Assembly (NCBI GenBank): GCA_051362555.1 | Contig: CM120646.1 | Span: 6,386,001 to 6,450,000 of the forward strand | Source of the DNA: Lingula anatina | Lineage: Eukaryota; Animalia; Brachiopoda | Reading direction: 5' to 3' | Length of the DNA: 64,000 nucleotides | Part shown: in pieces, positions 62,025 to 64,000 of the stretch | How positions within the stretch are numbered: the stretch's first letter is position 1 | Layout: each line of letters begins with the position of its first letter | Position numbers and translations under genes: made by a program | Notes under the pieces: model-generated | What the model was told of the DNA's origin: nothing | Databases searched by the model: none | What the model saw: the letters and a program-made list of their open reading frames with translations, nothing else

Positions 62025-62286
62025 CATATCAACAATTGAATTGGCTCGATCATAGCAACAAAGGTATAGAGGATTGCGGTTTGCCTTTCTGCAAAGGGTA
62101 GGGTCTAATCATAGGAATATGTTGGATAAGCTTTTACTTAATTTAATAAAACAAGTATTTATTCATCTAAAGATGCACGTAAATTCTGCCACATTATCTC
62201 AGCTGTGTGTTTCATTTACCAAACTGTCATGAAAAACATTTTGGGTTTAATTTAAATGTTTATGGAAAGATCTTATTCTTTGTGTG

Positions 62287-62349
<63 letters not shown>
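62287..62349. repeat. (ATT)n microsatellite (also (AAT)n at 40540-40583 and 55101-55133)
   Basis: Read directly. Confidence 0.95.
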
Positions 62350-62350
<1 letters not shown>

Positions 62351-64000
62351 CGAATAGATACTATATAGGCCTATCCGAAAAACAAACTGTGGCAAAAGGG
62401 AAATGTTCAGTTCTTTGAATTATAGGATAATAATAATCAATAGGTCGAATGTGGCTATTTTTATTGTTATCAATTTTAGATCGTTATTTTTTTTAGTTAG
62501 CATCATTTACACTAGTATATACATGTACATTTATAAAATGTCTACAGTCTTATGCCATCTTACTAAAGACGGCTTTTACGTGATATTTTGTTTCAGTCCC
62601 AGTCCTGATTTTATGATGGGTTCATGTCTTTCAAATTAAAAAATTTTAAAACTGCGACTCTGATGGCTGACGTGGAGTTTGTAGAGAGGTTTGAGTTTAT
62701 AGACCGACAAAAAAATTCTATTGCAACGAAAATCTTCTATGCAAGATACATGTATCCACCTTCTAAATTTGCAGACGACATCCATAGTAACACATCCCGC
62801 AAATTATCACGTGAGTGAGATCACAAAGAAATTTGCATCGCACAGCTATGTAAACAAGATAGCTCATTGTTCACAGACCGAGAGCGCGCGCGGAACGCGT
62901 TTGAAAATTGTGAACACTTGAAGGGGGTTGCATTATGTCTAAATAATTTCTATTTAATTTTCTCTCACTTCGACAAAGTCACTCAAAGAGAACCGACATC
63001 GGCGACCCCGATGTTACGTTGCTATTGACAACGCGCTCACCCTGGCCCTCCACGCCGTCACGTGACCTTTTGATGTTTTGATTTATGGAATACCGATTTT
63101 TGTGATACTCAGCATACATGTGTTATTTTTATCATTTATTCATTACCTTTTCTCACACCTTCACTTTTCATTTTGAGTCCTGCATATCAAGTTTTCGAGC
63201 TCATTTGGTGCATGTTAAGATCCAATGTCCAATTTTTCAAAATGCCTTTGGTTCAAAGAAAATGTGTTCATTGTATTGACATGAGCCTTAATCAAAAATA
63301 AAATAAAATAAAATAAAAAATAAATAGAGCAATCAGACCGTTCATTCTGATGCATTTTCTAACAAAAATTGAGTTAATGATATACAATTGTAAAAAAAAA
63401 GAGGCGAGCGTGTACATCTTGTAGGCCTACTCCTATACGTTTTTATTTTCATTACAAAATTAAATAGCTAATTGTAATTTGATTTTTCCATTAGTCTGCA
63501 CATATAGTAAAAGCTTTCCCTTCGAAACACCCAATCCCCATACCAAATAATGTGAATATTGTACAAAATATGGATGACAACACTAAAAATCTGATTGAGA
63601 CAGCACACAAATAAATTGCCAACGCTCACGTTTGATCACCAATATTGAAATTATGTGAATGAAAGAGTAGGCCTATAGGCCAACAAGTCTAGTATACGAT
63701 GTATTGTAAATATGGTGCATAGTCTTATGCGGTGTGGCCTTTGAGGTGTTTTAAGATAGGTATAAATATGGCCATATACAGGTTCATAATTACTTTCAAG
63801 TGATATGGTATATGGGGCCATCCCTTCACCACAGATCACGGAATGTACAAAAGGGATTCCCGGTCAGGCTCCAAATATATCTCGGTCACATGGACATTCC
63901 TTTGCGAGTTGTCCTTGGCAACGACTTAAACAAGGTCTACATGTCACTGCTACCTGAAGTCAGGGGGTAAACGTGTAGTAAAATTAATGTCATGACAACT

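Overview
AT-rich, intron-rich genomic DNA of an animal (most likely a marine invertebrate; the taxon cannot be fixed from this window). Hand-spliced gene models: (1) a STAT5-like transcription factor on + (19 coding exons in the window, 2237-18376; the first coding exon lies upstream of the window); (2) a secreted protein on + (21914-25566) with signal peptide, EGF domain, ALK/LTK-type glycine-rich domain and coiled-coil tail, but no TM or kinase; (3) a tandem triplet of intronless type-II membrane, GT-A/DxD glycosyltransferase-like genes on - (two intact, one pseudogene hit by a 605-bp TIR element carrying a RecQ-helicase motif fragment); (4) WDSUB1 (WD40-SAM-U-box) on - (42159-60472). The ~11.7-kb fifth coding intron of WDSUB1 holds an antisense nested array of secreted coiled-coil + F5/8C (discoidin) genes: three intact and one pseudogene, with differences clustered in the predicted ligand-binding loops. 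Other points: repeated duplications of exon ends with their splice sites, a 3.2-kb foldback intron in STAT, a Penelope-like remnant with a degenerate hammerhead ribozyme, and many MITEs. All calls come from manual reading and translation; no searches were run.
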